64,000 bases of DNA from an uncultured Bacteroidia bacterium (GCA_964648295.1 CAZYNH010000001.1:197180-261179); one strand, 5' to 3'; positions 1 through 10,377 are shown, numbered from the stretch's first letter. Numbers and translations are program-made. Notes: generated by a model not told the origin, from the letters alone.

Positions 1-141
1 ACCCTCATTAAAGCTGTCAGGAAAAGCGCGGAAGTTCATTAAGGAAAACTCGATCGAAAGAACGCATGTTTCGGTTTCGCATCTAAAGGGCATGGCGTCG
101 GCTTTTGTGGTTCTTGAGAAAAAGGAATAAACGGAGAAAGA

Positions 142-1250
142 GATGCTTGACGAGATAAAGGAAGAACTTAACGGAATAAATGCGAAATTCGAACACATCC
201 GGGGGCATCTTTGATCTCGATAAATTCAGAAAAGAGGTCACGGAACTTGAGCAGCAGACCCTCAAAGACGGCTTTTACAACGATAAGGCTAAAGCCCAGT
301 CCGTGTTCGCCGATATCAGCCGCAAAAAATACTGGATCGAGACAATAGGAAAGGCATCAGCTTTAAAAAAAGATATTGAAGACCTTTTCGATATGCTTTC
401 CGACGACGAAAGCGAGAACAACGAGATAGCCGGCGAGATAAATTCATCTTTCACGGCATACAAGAATATGGTAGATGAACTTGAGCTCAGAGGAATGCTT
501 TCCGCGCCGGAGGATAAAAAGGACTGCCTTTTTACAATTCACGCCGGATCAGGCGGAACCGAGGCTTCCGACTGGGCGAATATGCTGCTTAGGATGTACA
601 CGAGGTTCTTTGACATCATGGGGTTCAAGTGGGAGCAGGTGGATTTTATACCCGGCGATACCGTTGGAATAAAATCCGTGACCGTCGAGGTCAGAGGCGA
701 ATTCGCCTACGGATATTTAAAATCCGAATCCGGCGTGCACAGGCTTATAAGGATATCCCCGTTCGACGCGGCGCACAAAAGGCACACATCTTTTGCGTCG
801 GTCTATGTTCTGCCGGAAGCCGACGACATAGAGATAACGATAGATCCATCGGACCTCAGGATAGACACATACAGGTCGTCCGGAGCCGGCGGCCAGCATG
901 TTAACAAGACCGATTCCGCCGTCAGGATAACCCATATCCCTACAGGCATTGTCGCCGCGTCCCAGAACGAAAGATCGCAGACATTTAACAGGGATACGGC
1001 CATGAAGGTGCTCAAGGCAAAGCTCTACCAGATGAAACTTGACGAGGAAAAGGCGCGGCTTGCCAGCCTTGAGGACGAGAAAAAGGATATCTCGTGGGGC
1101 AGCCAGATAAGAACATACACATTCCAGCCCTACAACCTTGTTAAAGACCACAGGACGGGGATCGAGACAGGCAACACTGGCGCCGTAATGGACGGTGAAC
1201 TGACAAAATTCGTAAGGGGATACCTTATAAAATACGGTAAATTTGAATAA
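142..1250 (+). CDS. prfB: Peptide chain release factor 2 with a programmed +1 frameshift (the long ORF as given is 180..1250; the N-terminal exon ATG is at 142)
   Basis: The ORF translation carries RF2 hallmarks (SPFDAAHKRHTSFASV, GGQHVNKTDSAVRITHIPTGIV). The canonical frameshift cassette GGGGG-CAU-CUU-UGA-U lies at 201-215. The upstream ATG at 142 encodes MLDEIKEELNGIN..., which resembles an RF2 N-terminus. An apparent extra T near 180/181 already places the long ORF in the downstream frame (see findings). Confidence 0.85.
199..215 (+). promoter_or_regulatory. prfB autoregulatory +1 frameshift site (SD-like GGGGG, then CUU UGA)
   Basis: The sequence cgggggcatctttgat resembles the E. coli AGGGGGUAUCUUUGAC frameshift cassette. 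TGA is at 212-214 in the frame of the upstream ATG-142 exon, apart from the 1-nt discrepancy noted in the findings. Confidence 0.7.
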
Positions 1251-1734
1251 AAAAGGAAAAAGCATGCTGAACGAAATGTTTGAAGGAATTATCACCTCGG
1301 TATCAGCGGGGATGATCACAAAAAAGAATGACGGGGTCAAAACAAAAGAGGGAGTATACAGGATCAAGCTCGAATCCAACGATATAGACTATGAATCAAT
1401 GGCGAAATTCAGCCCTTCTGTCAGCTCCACTCTGTTAAATATACAGCCGATGCCTTTCAGGGCCGTCAATTTCGGCGACCAGACTGTCTTTAACCTTGAT
1501 TTGTATCTGTACGGCGCGGAAGAGGAAGACGAGCAGAACAGGGGAACATACAAAGATCTTGAAGCGTCGCCCGACGCTTTGTTCAAAAGGGTAAAAATTA
1601 AGAACCTGACCGTTAGCAACAAGACCAATATCCCTCACTATATCTTCACCCTTGAGATACCCATGGAGTCGGACGGAAAATTCTTATTCTCGCATCTTAA
1701 ATCAAAGATCAATTTCAAATTCGACAGAGCATAA
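1243..1734 (+). CDS. hypothetical protein (more likely start is ATG 1264, MLNEMFEG)
   Basis: Six-frame ORF with good coding continuity. No recognisable motif. Confidence 0.4.
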   Translation: MNKKGKSMLNEMFEGIITSVSAGMITKKNDGVKTKEGVYRIKLESNDIDYESMAKFSPSVSSTLLNIQPMPFRAVNFGDQTVFNLDLYLYGAEEEDEQNRGTYKDLEASPDALFKRVKIKNLTVSNKTNIPHYIFTLEIPMESDGKFLFSHLKSKINFKFDRA

Positions 1735-1735
1735 A

Positions 1736-2614
1736 ATGGAGCTTTTCGAACCTAAATATTTTGAAAAACAGTCCGGAGACAGAATAACCTGCCTTCTGTG
1801 CGACAGGCGTTGCGGCATTGATCCTGGCGGGACAGGATTCTGCGGAGTTAACAAAAACGAAGGGGGCGAGCTGAAGAACCTCGCCTACGGTTTTCCCGCT
1901 GCTGTCAACATTGATCCTGTTGAGAAAAAACCCCTCAAAAGGTTCCTTCAGGGCACAAAAACATATTCTGTGGGAACTCTGGGATGCAATTTCATATGCC
2001 CCTGGTGCCAGAACTTCCGGATAAGCAGGAGCAGATACTCGGGCGATGTGAAAGGTGAGAAGATCCTTCCCGCAGAGATAGTTGAAGGCGCAATAGAAAC
2101 AGGCTGCATGTCCGTTTCGTACACATATAACGAGCCGACAGTATTCTATCCTTACGCGAGAGATACGGGAATGATCGCTAAAGAGAACGGCCTGAAGAAC
2201 ATTTTCGTGACCAACGCCTATCAGTCTGCGGGCATCATTTCAGACATGCTCAGCTGGGTCGGCGCAGTGAACGCTGACCTGAAGTGCATTGACAGTCAGG
2301 CTCACCTTAAATATACGGGCGGGAAACTGGAAACTGTCTTGAATAATCTGCGCGTTCTGGCAGGCTCGGAAGTGCATCTGGAGATCACAACCCTGATAAT
2401 CCCGGGCATAAATGACTCCTTAGCGGAGATCGAAAAAATAGCCGATTTCATATCATGTGAACTCGGCAAAGAGATCCCGTGGCATGTTTCGGCTTTTCAT
2501 CCCGATTACAAGATGACAGACACCCCTGAGACCGCAAAAGAAAAGATCTTCAGCGCCGTTGAAACAGGTTTGAAAAAGGGGCTCAAGTTCGTTTATCCCG
2601 GCAATGTGTGGTGA
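1736..2614 (+). CDS. AmmeMemoRadiSam-system-type radical SAM enzyme (AmrS/PflA-like activase family)
   Basis: N-terminal Cys cluster CLLCDRRCGIDPGGTGFCGV, the DPVEKKPL motif and a GCNFICPWCQN (CxxxCxxC) radical-SAM cluster. The ATG at 1736 immediately follows the upstream stop. Confidence 0.65.
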   Translation: MELFEPKYFEKQSGDRITCLLCDRRCGIDPGGTGFCGVNKNEGGELKNLAYGFPAAVNIDPVEKKPLKRFLQGTKTYSVGTLGCNFICPWCQNFRISRSRYSGDVKGEKILPAEIVEGAIETGCMSVSYTYNEPTVFYPYARDTGMIAKENGLKNIFVTNAYQSAGIISDMLSWVGAVNADLKCIDSQAHLKYTGGKLETVLNNLRVLAGSEVHLEITTLIIPGINDSLAEIEKIADFISCELGKEIPWHVSAFHPDYKMTDTPETAKEKIFSAVETGLKKGLKFVYPGNVW

Positions 2615-3576
2615 AAATGAAGCTCGACAGGAATAAAACTGTCATATTCTCGATAAAACTGGCCGCGGCTGTCATCCTCGGATGGGTAGTCATATACAAC
2701 ATAGAGACCGTTGAGCTGAAATATATTTTTAAAAATGCCGATATCTCGTTCATAATACTCGCCGGAGCGCTCCTTCCCCTCAACCTATTCCTCCAGTACG
2801 CCAAATGGAAATATATTGCCGGCAAGGCTTCTGAAGAAAAAATACCCGACCGGCAGATATGGCTTTCTGTATTTGTCGGAATATCGTTAGGGTTCATCAC
2901 GCCGGGAAGAGTCGGCGAACTGGGAAAACTGTTCGCTATAGCCAAAGTCGACAGACTTAAGCTCCTAAGCCTCGGACTTATCGAAAAGATCTACGATGTA
3001 TTCCCTGTGCTGATATTCGGTTCTCTGTCCCTTCCGTTCCTGCCTCACCTGTTTTTTACGGAATCATCGCTCATGAGGTATAATCTTCTTTTTTTCGCGC
3101 TTCTGATCTCCGTCCTGATATATTTCATAGCTGTACATCCGGGGCTTTTCAAGACGATATTTTTCTATCTGAAGAATACCGTTTTTAAGAACAGCTCCAA
3201 TTTTAAAAGATTCTGCGACGGAGCGAGGGACCTGAGGAAGCGCGATACCGGAATTCTTTTCTTTTTGTCTTCGTTGCTGTTCCTTTTATATACGACCCAG
3301 TTCGCTCTGCTCATCATATCTTTCGGGCAGATCGATGTTCTTCACGCTTTCATTGGCGTCTGGGTAGCCGTTCTGTTAAAAACCTTTCTTCCTTTGAGCC
3401 TGGGGGATATCGGCGTAAGGGAGGGAACGGCCGCTTTCGTGTTCGGCCTGATGAACCTCAGCATAGAAGCCTCTGTTTCGGCCGCATTTCTTCTGTTCGT
3501 TATTAACATTCTTGTGCCTTCGGCCGTTTCGGTGCTTCTGATACCTCTCACTTTTATTTCAAAACGTAGCCGTTAA
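2608..3576 (+). CDS. polytopic membrane protein, flippase-like / lysylphosphatidylglycerol-synthase TM-domain family (UPF0104-like)
   Basis: About 8 predicted TM helices. The start overlaps the stop of the upstream gene (GTGAAAATG). Confidence 0.5.
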   Translation: MVKMKLDRNKTVIFSIKLAAAVILGWVVIYNIETVELKYIFKNADISFIILAGALLPLNLFLQYAKWKYIAGKASEEKIPDRQIWLSVFVGISLGFITPGRVGELGKLFAIAKVDRLKLLSLGLIEKIYDVFPVLIFGSLSLPFLPHLFFTESSLMRYNLLFFALLISVLIYFIAVHPGLFKTIFFYLKNTVFKNSSNFKRFCDGARDLRKRDTGILFFLSSLLFLLYTTQFALLIISFGQIDVLHAFIGVWVAVLLKTFLPLSLGDIGVREGTAAFVFGLMNLSIEASVSAAFLLFVINILVPSAVSVLLIPLTFISKRSR

Positions 3577-5377
3577 TAACCTTAAAATTGAATTCTTTAT
3601 TCATTTTTTCTTCATAAATGGATTTCATTTTTGACGCGAGAGAAGGGTTCTGTTTTATCAGGTTCGTCTTTTCATCGGGGTCTTTAATTATATCGTGAAG
3701 CTCATAGGCCACCTCATCGCTTCCCGGCAGCACGCTAAGCTTGAAATCACCCCTTATCATGGCTCTGTTCAGGCGCGGATATATTTCTTTCTCCGCAAAA
3801 ATATTCTTTGATACATAACCTTCTTCATTTTTAAAATAAACTTCATCGTTGAATTTAATTGGCGTAACATCCGTTATCACAATATCCTGCCTGACAAACT
3901 CCGGATCGAAAAATGATATGCCGTCAAGCGCGGCTCCGGGTGAAACAACTCCGGCGGCGTCAAGAACAGTGGGCAGAATATCTAAAGAGGAATAATCGTT
4001 CTTAACGCTTCTTTCGATTTTAAATTCAGGAGAACTCAACACGAACGGCATCCTGTAGTCAGCCGCTCTGACCGTATTTTTATATGCAGGCAGCCCGAAC
4101 AGGCATATAACTGTATTTTCGTATTTGCCTGATGACTTTAATCTTTGATAAATATCATTTATTTCATCGTTAAGATAATTTAAAAACGCGTCCTCCGTGC
4201 TTTCGAACCTTGATGTCCTGTAATACGGAAAAGGAAGTCGGTCGTTCTGGTCAGAAATAACATAAAGGAACATGAATTTGTTTTTCCCGGATATAAGATC
4301 GGATATCTTGCCCTTCATATAGGTCTTATCCCTGTATCCGTCAAGTATAAGCGCCTCCGGAAAGACTTTTATCATTGTCCTGCTGTTATATACAACAGGC
4401 ATCAGGAAATGGGCGGAAAGAACGCCGGCTTTGTATATTTCCATTTTCGTAGGATATTTTACAAGATATTCGTTATTATCCTCGAATCTGCTGAAGGCAT
4501 ATTTCCTGTCTGTGAATGTTCCCGTGGAATACCCTCTTTCTCCGAGAATAGAAAAAACCGTTCTTCCCTCCAGTCCGTAACTTCTGTAACCGCCGGTATA
4601 ATTACCTTTTTCCGGGTGAACTGATGTGAGTACGGAAAGAAGCGAAACTCTGGGGTGGTTCGACACGCTGAAACAGTTGGAGAACCGGTATGAACTGCCC
4701 GTAAGCTCCTTAAGCGCAGGAAGGGCGTTTATTTTTCTCCCCGAGATCTGTTTGTATGTAAGGTTCTCGACGCCGATAAAAATAATATTCTTCTGCTCTT
4801 TTACCTCAAGCGCGTTAAGGTATCCGAAATTGAATATTAAGGCTATGCCCATGCCTATAGATAATGAATACGATATGATCCGTTTTGCGCCCTGATATAT
4901 TGAAAGATTATACAAAAGATTATGGATGCTCATAAGTATTATGATGAAGAAGAACACCGTAAAATACAGAGGCGAAAATTTATCTCTTAGAAAAGAGAAC
5001 ACATGATAGAACCAGAATGAGCCGCTGAGGAGACTTTCGGAAAACAGTGCGGGATGATTTATAACTTCTCTTGCGGTAAGTGAAAACAAGGCCAGAAACG
5101 ATATGCCCGCGTTCTTTAAAAAGTATTTGTGATACTTATCCTGTTCACTTTCAAAATAAAATGAGTATTTCTTTCTTTTTCTAGCCAGTATTCCTGCGCT
5201 TATCCCGCCCGTTATCAGCCCCAGGGCGGTGTATGAGATAAAAACTTTAAAATGCTGCAAAAAGAACACTTCCGCGCCCGCCTCTCCCTCCTGATCCGAT
5301 ATCAGCATGCCAGTAAAAAAGAATATCCAGACCAGTATCAGAGCGGGAAGAGTATTTTTTATCATCCTTTTGAGCAT
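3554..5377 (-). CDS. membrane-anchored sulfatase / alkaline-phosphatase-superfamily (LtaS-like) hydrolase/transferase
   Basis: N-terminal TM helices followed by a soluble domain with NIIFIGVENLTYKQISG and SNCFSVSNHPRVS motifs. The ORF track extends to 5491, but the ATG (MLKRMIKNT) abutting the AI-2E stop is the more likely start. Confidence 0.5.
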   Translation of the reverse strand: MLKRMIKNTLPALILVWIFFFTGMLISDQEGEAGAEVFFLQHFKVFISYTALGLITGGISAGILARKRKKYSFYFESEQDKYHKYFLKNAGISFLALFSLTAREVINHPALFSESLLSGSFWFYHVFSFLRDKFSPLYFTVFFFIIILMSIHNLLYNLSIYQGAKRIISYSLSIGMGIALIFNFGYLNALEVKEQKNIIFIGVENLTYKQISGRKINALPALKELTGSSYRFSNCFSVSNHPRVSLLSVLTSVHPEKGNYTGGYRSYGLEGRTVFSILGERGYSTGTFTDRKYAFSRFEDNNEYLVKYPTKMEIYKAGVLSAHFLMPVVYNSRTMIKVFPEALILDGYRDKTYMKGKISDLISGKNKFMFLYVISDQNDRLPFPYYRTSRFESTEDAFLNYLNDEINDIYQRLKSSGKYENTVICLFGLPAYKNTVRAADYRMPFVLSSPEFKIERSVKNDYSSLDILPTVLDAAGVVSPGAALDGISFFDPEFVRQDIVITDVTPIKFNDEVYFKNEEGYVSKNIFAEKEIYPRLNRAMIRGDFKLSVLPGSDEVAYELHDIIKDPDEKTNLIKQNPSLASKMKSIYEEKMNKEFNFKVINGYVLK

Positions 5378-6459
5378 CAGATGTCTTCGGCAGGTTTTAT
5401 AGATTTGAATTTCTTCGCGAACAGCTCCCATGAAACGATAGTGAGCGCGGCTATAAGCGGGCCTGACAGAAAACCCGACATTCCGAACCACGCTATTCCG
5501 CCTATTGTGGAGACCAGCATGATCAGCGGATGAAGTCCGCTCCTGTCCCCCGCCAGCTTAGGCTTGATTATGTTCTGGTTGACGACTATCATGCCGCAGC
5601 CCGCTATAAGAAGGATCAGCCCCGAATAATAATCGCCCGAAAGTATCCTTATTATGGCCGCGGGAGCTATTATCGTGTTGGCGCCGACGATCGGTATCAT
5701 GGAAAGTATCACCATGATAACCCCCCAGAAAAAGGGAGATCCTATGCCGAGGAGCGCGAACAGAAGTCCGCCGTAGGTACCCTCGATCACTCCTATCAGA
5801 AAAGTGTAAATTATTATCGTATCAGTTATTTTTACCAGCTCGTCCACGGCTTTATTTTCATCCTCTCTTTCGAACGGGAGGATGCTCCTTATTTTTTTAA
5901 AAAAGTTCTTCCCGTCCAGAAAGAAGAAGAACAGGATGAAGGTCGTGAAGAACAGGTGCATTATGAACCCGGCTATGTTAAAAAAGGCCGACTGTATCAT
6001 CTTGAACATAAAAGTGCTTACTGAAACAAGAATTCCCGAACCGGTTTCCTTTATCCATGTTATATCCATCTCTCCTACCTCAGCCGCCAGATCCTCTCCG
6101 ATAAACGGTATCTTAAGAGCAATATCCTTCAGAAATTCTGTTGTAAGCGATTCCTGTATCTCCGGCAGTTTGGCCATCAGTACCCTGTAATTTTCAGCCG
6201 CTTCGAACGAAACCATGGTGACGACAAAAACAAGAGGTATCCCCACCGCCAGAACTATGAAGAACAGTGTTATTGCCGATGCCTTTTTTTTATTTTTCGT
6301 CTGCTTCAGCACATATGCGAAAGGCTTTCTGAATATTATGAAAAGGACCGCCGCCAGAAAAATATCTATCACGAACGGCCGCAGAAGATTTAAGAAATAA
6401 AAAGTAATGACCGCAAGGAAGCCCAGAAAAAAATAGTCGTTCATTTTAAGATTTTTCAT
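5377..6459 (-). CDS. AI-2E family transporter (PerM/YhhT-like)
   Basis: About 8 TM helices and a conserved GDRSGLHPLIMLVSTIGG motif. Confidence 0.7.
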   Translation of the reverse strand: MKNLKMNDYFFLGFLAVITFYFLNLLRPFVIDIFLAAVLFIIFRKPFAYVLKQTKNKKKASAITLFFIVLAVGIPLVFVVTMVSFEAAENYRVLMAKLPEIQESLTTEFLKDIALKIPFIGEDLAAEVGEMDITWIKETGSGILVSVSTFMFKMIQSAFFNIAGFIMHLFFTTFILFFFFLDGKNFFKKIRSILPFEREDENKAVDELVKITDTIIIYTFLIGVIEGTYGGLLFALLGIGSPFFWGVIMVILSMIPIVGANTIIAPAAIIRILSGDYYSGLILLIAGCGMIVVNQNIIKPKLAGDRSGLHPLIMLVSTIGGIAWFGMSGFLSGPLIAALTIVSWELFAKKFKSIKPAEDI

Positions 6460-6468
6460 AATATACTC

Positions 6469-7995
6469 CTAAATGTATTTTCTGTCCAGGCTCCTGTACT
6501 GAACTGCTTCGGCGATATGCCCGGCGGTTATGCTTTCATTTCCGTTCAGATCAGCTATCGTTCTGGAAACTTTAAGGATCCTGTTGTATGCCCTCGCTGA
6601 CAAAGACAGAGTCTCAATGGCCCGTTTCAGTATTGCCTCCGATGCAGGGTCAAGGGCGCAGTAAGTTTTAAGGTCCTTTTGGCTCATTCCCGAATTGCAG
6701 TATATATTCCTTCCTTTAAACCTGGCCGTCTGTATCTCTCTTGCTCTCCTTACCCGTTCTCTTACAGCTTCACTCTTTTCCGCGTCCTTTTTGGCGGCCA
6801 GCTCGTCATATTTAAGCGCAGGCACCTCTATATGAATATCGATCCTGTCCATAAGCGGGCCCGATATCCTGCCCAGGTAGCTCTTGATCTTATAAGGAGG
6901 ACAGGTGCACTCCCTTCTTGTGTCCCCGTAGTAGCCGCAGGGGCAGGGGTTCATAGCCGCGACCATTATGAAGTTGGCGGGGAATTTCAGCGTTGAAGCG
7001 GCTCTGGCTATCGTAACCTCCCTGTCCTCAAGGGGCTGGCGCATCACTTCAAGCACATTTTTCTTAAATTCGGGAAGTTCGTCAAGGAAAAGAACCCCGT
7101 TATGCGCCAGACTGATCTCGCCCGGCTTCGGGATCCTCCCGCCGCCTACAAGGGCGGAATCGGATATCGAGTGGTGCGGGGACCTGAACGGCCGGGTCGC
7201 TATGATCCCCCTGTTGTGCGGGAGAAGCCCCGCTACAGAATAGATCTTCGTCGTCTCCAGAGCCTCCTCGAGCGTCTGGCTCGGGAGGATCGTTGCGAAC
7301 CTTTTCGACAGCATCGATTTTCCGCTCCCGGGCGGACCGATCATGAGTATGTTATGACCTCCGGCGGCCGCTATCTCGAGCGCTCTTTTTACATGATACT
7401 GGCCTTTGACATCCGAAAAGTCTATTTCCCAGCGGTTCATCTCGTCGAAAAGCTTCCTTACATCCACCTTTCTCTTCACCAGTTCAGTCCGGCCCGAAAA
7501 AAAGTTAACTACATCTGTCAGGCTCCTTACCGGATAAATGTCTATTCCCGGTATGACCGCCGCCTCGTCGGAATTTTCAGACGGAAGTATTATGCCTCTG
7601 TATTTTTTTTCGGCCATCACCGCTATAGGCAGCGCTCCCTTTACAGGCCTGACCGTTCCGTCCAGAGAAAGCTCTCCAAGTATAAGATAATTTTCGGTCT
7701 TTTCAATATCCAGCTGTCCGGTCGCGCCGAGAATTGCCACTGCTATAGGCAGATCGTATGAGGAACCCTCTTTTTTTATATCGGCGGGCGCAAGGTTTAC
7801 TGTTATTTTCTTTAAAGGGAAAATATATCCGGAATTCTTTATTGCCGCGTTTATCCTGTCCTTACTTTCCTTAACAACATTATCGGGAAGCCCTACAAGA
7901 GAAAGTCCGGGCAGCCCCCTTTCAAGATGCGTTTCAACCTCGACCGTGAAGGCGTCTAAACCTATGACCGCGGCCGATAAAACTTTCGCCAGCAT
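6469..7995 (-). CDS. comM: YifB/ComM family Mg-chelatase-like AAA+ ATPase
   Basis: N-terminal Lon-protease-like domain, a Walker A motif (GPPGSGKSMLSKR) and a C-terminal ChlI-like region. Length is typical for the family. Confidence 0.9.
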   Translation of the reverse strand: MLAKVLSAAVIGLDAFTVEVETHLERGLPGLSLVGLPDNVVKESKDRINAAIKNSGYIFPLKKITVNLAPADIKKEGSSYDLPIAVAILGATGQLDIEKTENYLILGELSLDGTVRPVKGALPIAVMAEKKYRGIILPSENSDEAAVIPGIDIYPVRSLTDVVNFFSGRTELVKRKVDVRKLFDEMNRWEIDFSDVKGQYHVKRALEIAAAGGHNILMIGPPGSGKSMLSKRFATILPSQTLEEALETTKIYSVAGLLPHNRGIIATRPFRSPHHSISDSALVGGGRIPKPGEISLAHNGVLFLDELPEFKKNVLEVMRQPLEDREVTIARAASTLKFPANFIMVAAMNPCPCGYYGDTRRECTCPPYKIKSYLGRISGPLMDRIDIHIEVPALKYDELAAKKDAEKSEAVRERVRRAREIQTARFKGRNIYCNSGMSQKDLKTYCALDPASEAILKRAIETLSLSARAYNRILKVSRTIADLNGNESITAGHIAEAVQYRSLDRKYI

Positions 7996-8150
7996 TTTGT
8001 CTCCGTTTTAAAACTCAAGTCAGCGCCGTTAAATTACTTCAAATGTTTTTTAAAGTCAATAATTAATAAATATTTATTGGAATATCTGTCGTTTTTTTAT
8101 TATCTATCCACTGAAAATATAACAGTTAAAAAATACCGGAGAATATTATT

Positions 8151-9182
8151 ATGGCAAAAATGAGAGTCCTGGCAAAATTAAAGCCCGAGAAAGGCTTGTG
8201 GATGACGGAAAAGGAAATCCCCGAAATAGGTATAAACGATGTTCTTATCAAGATCAAAAAAACAGCGATATGCGGGACCGACCTCCACATCTATAAATGG
8301 GACGAATGGTCGCAGAAAACAATAACCGTCGGCCAGACGATCGGCCATGAATATGTAGGTACCGTCGCGGCGATGGGAGAGGGCGTCAGCCACTTCAGGA
8401 TCGGCGAAAGAGTGACCGGCGAGGGCCATCTTGCCTGCGGTCACTGCAGGAACTGCAGAAGGGGTAAAAAACATGTTTGCGAAAATACTGTCGGAATAGG
8501 CGTCAATATTGACGGGGCGTTCGCCGAATATCTCAAGGTGCCGGCGGAAAATGTCATGAAGATAAATCCCGCTATCCCCGACGACTACATCGCCATAATG
8601 GACCCGTTCGGCAACGCGGCCCACACGGCTTTATCTTTCCCCGTCATAGGCGAGGATGTTCTTATTACCGGCGCCGGCCTTATCGGTTCGATGGCCGTAG
8701 CCATCTGCAGATTCGCGGGAGCAAGGCACATCGTTGTGACGGACATCAGCGAATACAGGCTTGATATAGCCAGAAAAATGGGCGCAACGAGGGCGATAAA
8801 CCCTATGAAAACGAAGATAAAAGATGTTATGAAAGAACTCGGCATGGTCGGATTCGATGTGGGACTGGAAATGTCCGGATCGCCGGCGGCTTTCAACGAA
8901 ATGATACCCAGCATGTACAACGGCTCAAAAATCGCACTTCTCGGCATCCTGCCTTCAGATACGAAGGTCAGCTGGAGCGATATAATTTTTAAGGCTCTTA
9001 CGCTCAAAGGCATCTACGGAAGAGAAATGTTCGAGACCTGGTATAAAATGGAGCAGATGCTCATTGCAGGCTTAGACTTAAGTCCGATAATCACGCATCA
9101 TTACAAAGTAGCCGACTTCCAGAAAGGTTTTGATGTCATGGAGACCGGCGAAAGCGGAAAAGTAATTCTCGACTGGGAATAG
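8151..9182 (+). CDS. tdh: L-threonine 3-dehydrogenase
   Basis: Near-identical to the E. coli Tdh N-terminus ([31 protein letters not shown]). Zn-ADH fold. Confidence 0.9.
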   Translation: MAKMRVLAKLKPEKGLWMTEKEIPEIGINDVLIKIKKTAICGTDLHIYKWDEWSQKTITVGQTIGHEYVGTVAAMGEGVSHFRIGERVTGEGHLACGHCRNCRRGKKHVCENTVGIGVNIDGAFAEYLKVPAENVMKINPAIPDDYIAIMDPFGNAAHTALSFPVIGEDVLITGAGLIGSMAVAICRFAGARHIVVTDISEYRLDIARKMGATRAINPMKTKIKDVMKELGMVGFDVGLEMSGSPAAFNEMIPSMYNGSKIALLGILPSDTKVSWSDIIFKALTLKGIYGREMFETWYKMEQMLIAGLDLSPIITHHYKVADFQKGFDVMETGESGKVILDWE

Positions 9183-9185
9183 AAC

Positions 9186-10283
9186 TTGGCTTTAATAGTT
9201 CAAAAATACGGGGGGAGCAGTCTTGCGACCCCCGAAAAGATAAGAGCGCTCGCGGAAAGGATAGTCGCCCGCTACGATAAAGGGGACAGGCTCGTCATCG
9301 TGGTCTCGGCGATGGGGAACACGACCAATCAGCTCGAAGCGAAAGCTAATGCATTATCAAAAGATCCCGACCCGAGGGAGGTTGACATGCTCATTTCCAT
9401 CGGGGAGAGGGAATCGATCTCGCTTGTGGCTATCGCCATAAACAGCATCCGCCCCGGACTTGCGATATCATTTACGGGATCTCAGATCGGGCTTATTACG
9501 GATAATAATCACAGGAACGCCCGCATCCTCGAGATCAAGGGCGACAGGCTCGTTGACGCGCTCGGTAAGGGCAAAATACCTATCATAGCCGGTTTTCAGG
9601 GCGTCAGCATAGACAAGCAGATCACTACGCTCGGCAGAGGCGGCTCCGACACTACGGCCGTGGCCGTAACGGCGGCTATAAAGGCCGACGCCTGCGAGAT
9701 CTACTCCGATGTCATCGGTGTTTACAGCGCAGACCCGAAGATCTGCGACGCGCCCGTACTCATAAAAGAACTCGATTACGAGACCATGCTCACCATCTCA
9801 TCGTTGGGCGCGAAAGTCCTGAAAGACGCCGCAGTCGAATACGCCCACAGACTCGGCGTAAAGATCACCACCGGCCTCACCTGGACCGGCGAAACGGGCA
9901 CGACCGTCTCGGCTGTCACTTCGCTCGACAGAAACAAGTTCTTCTCGCTCGTTCAGAACGACAAACTCAGCTATTCACATACGCAGCAGTCAGCCTTCCC
10001 CGCCGACCTCAACGGCATCCGCTTCTTCCAAAGCTCGCCTTCCGGCTCGAACACGATCTACTCCACTCCGCCCAAAGACGGTCAGGCTCAAAGCTGCTCA
10101 TCTCTCGCCATCGTCGGTTCCGGCCTAAAAAGCGAAAGCACCAAGCTCAACCAGATGCTCTCCATGCTCTCGGAAAATAACAGCATAATCGCCATTGACC
10201 TCTCCGAGATCAAATTTGAAGTTTACACAAAAGACCCGCCGACCAAAGAACTCTTCAACTCCATCCACAAAATTTTCTTTTAA
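9186..10283 (+). CDS. lysC: aspartate kinase (monofunctional), TTG start
   Basis: The IVQKYGGSSLATPEKI start, VVSAMGNTTNQL and amino-acid-kinase fold motifs. The C-terminal region is ACT-like. Confidence 0.8.
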   Translation: MALIVQKYGGSSLATPEKIRALAERIVARYDKGDRLVIVVSAMGNTTNQLEAKANALSKDPDPREVDMLISIGERESISLVAIAINSIRPGLAISFTGSQIGLITDNNHRNARILEIKGDRLVDALGKGKIPIIAGFQGVSIDKQITTLGRGGSDTTAVAVTAAIKADACEIYSDVIGVYSADPKICDAPVLIKELDYETMLTISSLGAKVLKDAAVEYAHRLGVKITTGLTWTGETGTTVSAVTSLDRNKFFSLVQNDKLSYSHTQQSAFPADLNGIRFFQSSPSGSNTIYSTPPKDGQAQSCSSLAIVGSGLKSESTKLNQMLSMLSENNSIIAIDLSEIKFEVYTKDPPTKELFNSIHKIFF

Positions 10284-10284
10284 G

Positions 10285-10303
10285 TGTACGAAAAAATCGT
10301 ACA
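10285..10303. promoter_or_regulatory. perfect palindrome TGTACGA-N5-TCGTACA (candidate operator) 81 nt upstream of the ATPase/Toprim operon
   Basis: The sequence tgtacga aaaaa tcgtaca is read directly from the window. An identical-arm copy lies at 19438-19456. Confidence 0.6.
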
Positions 10304-10377
10304 GTTATTATAAATTCATTTGTCACTTTTATTTAAATTAGTTATATTTCGGATGTTGCGTCAGGAATTGAAATTCA

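Noticed and set aside
717-1379. 220-aa antisense ORF inside prfB, and the other internal ORFs at 475-672, 629-904 and 803-1015
   Set aside because: They lie wholly within a strongly supported conserved gene, in a different frame or strand. Arg/Cys-rich low-complexity translations are typical of frame artefacts.
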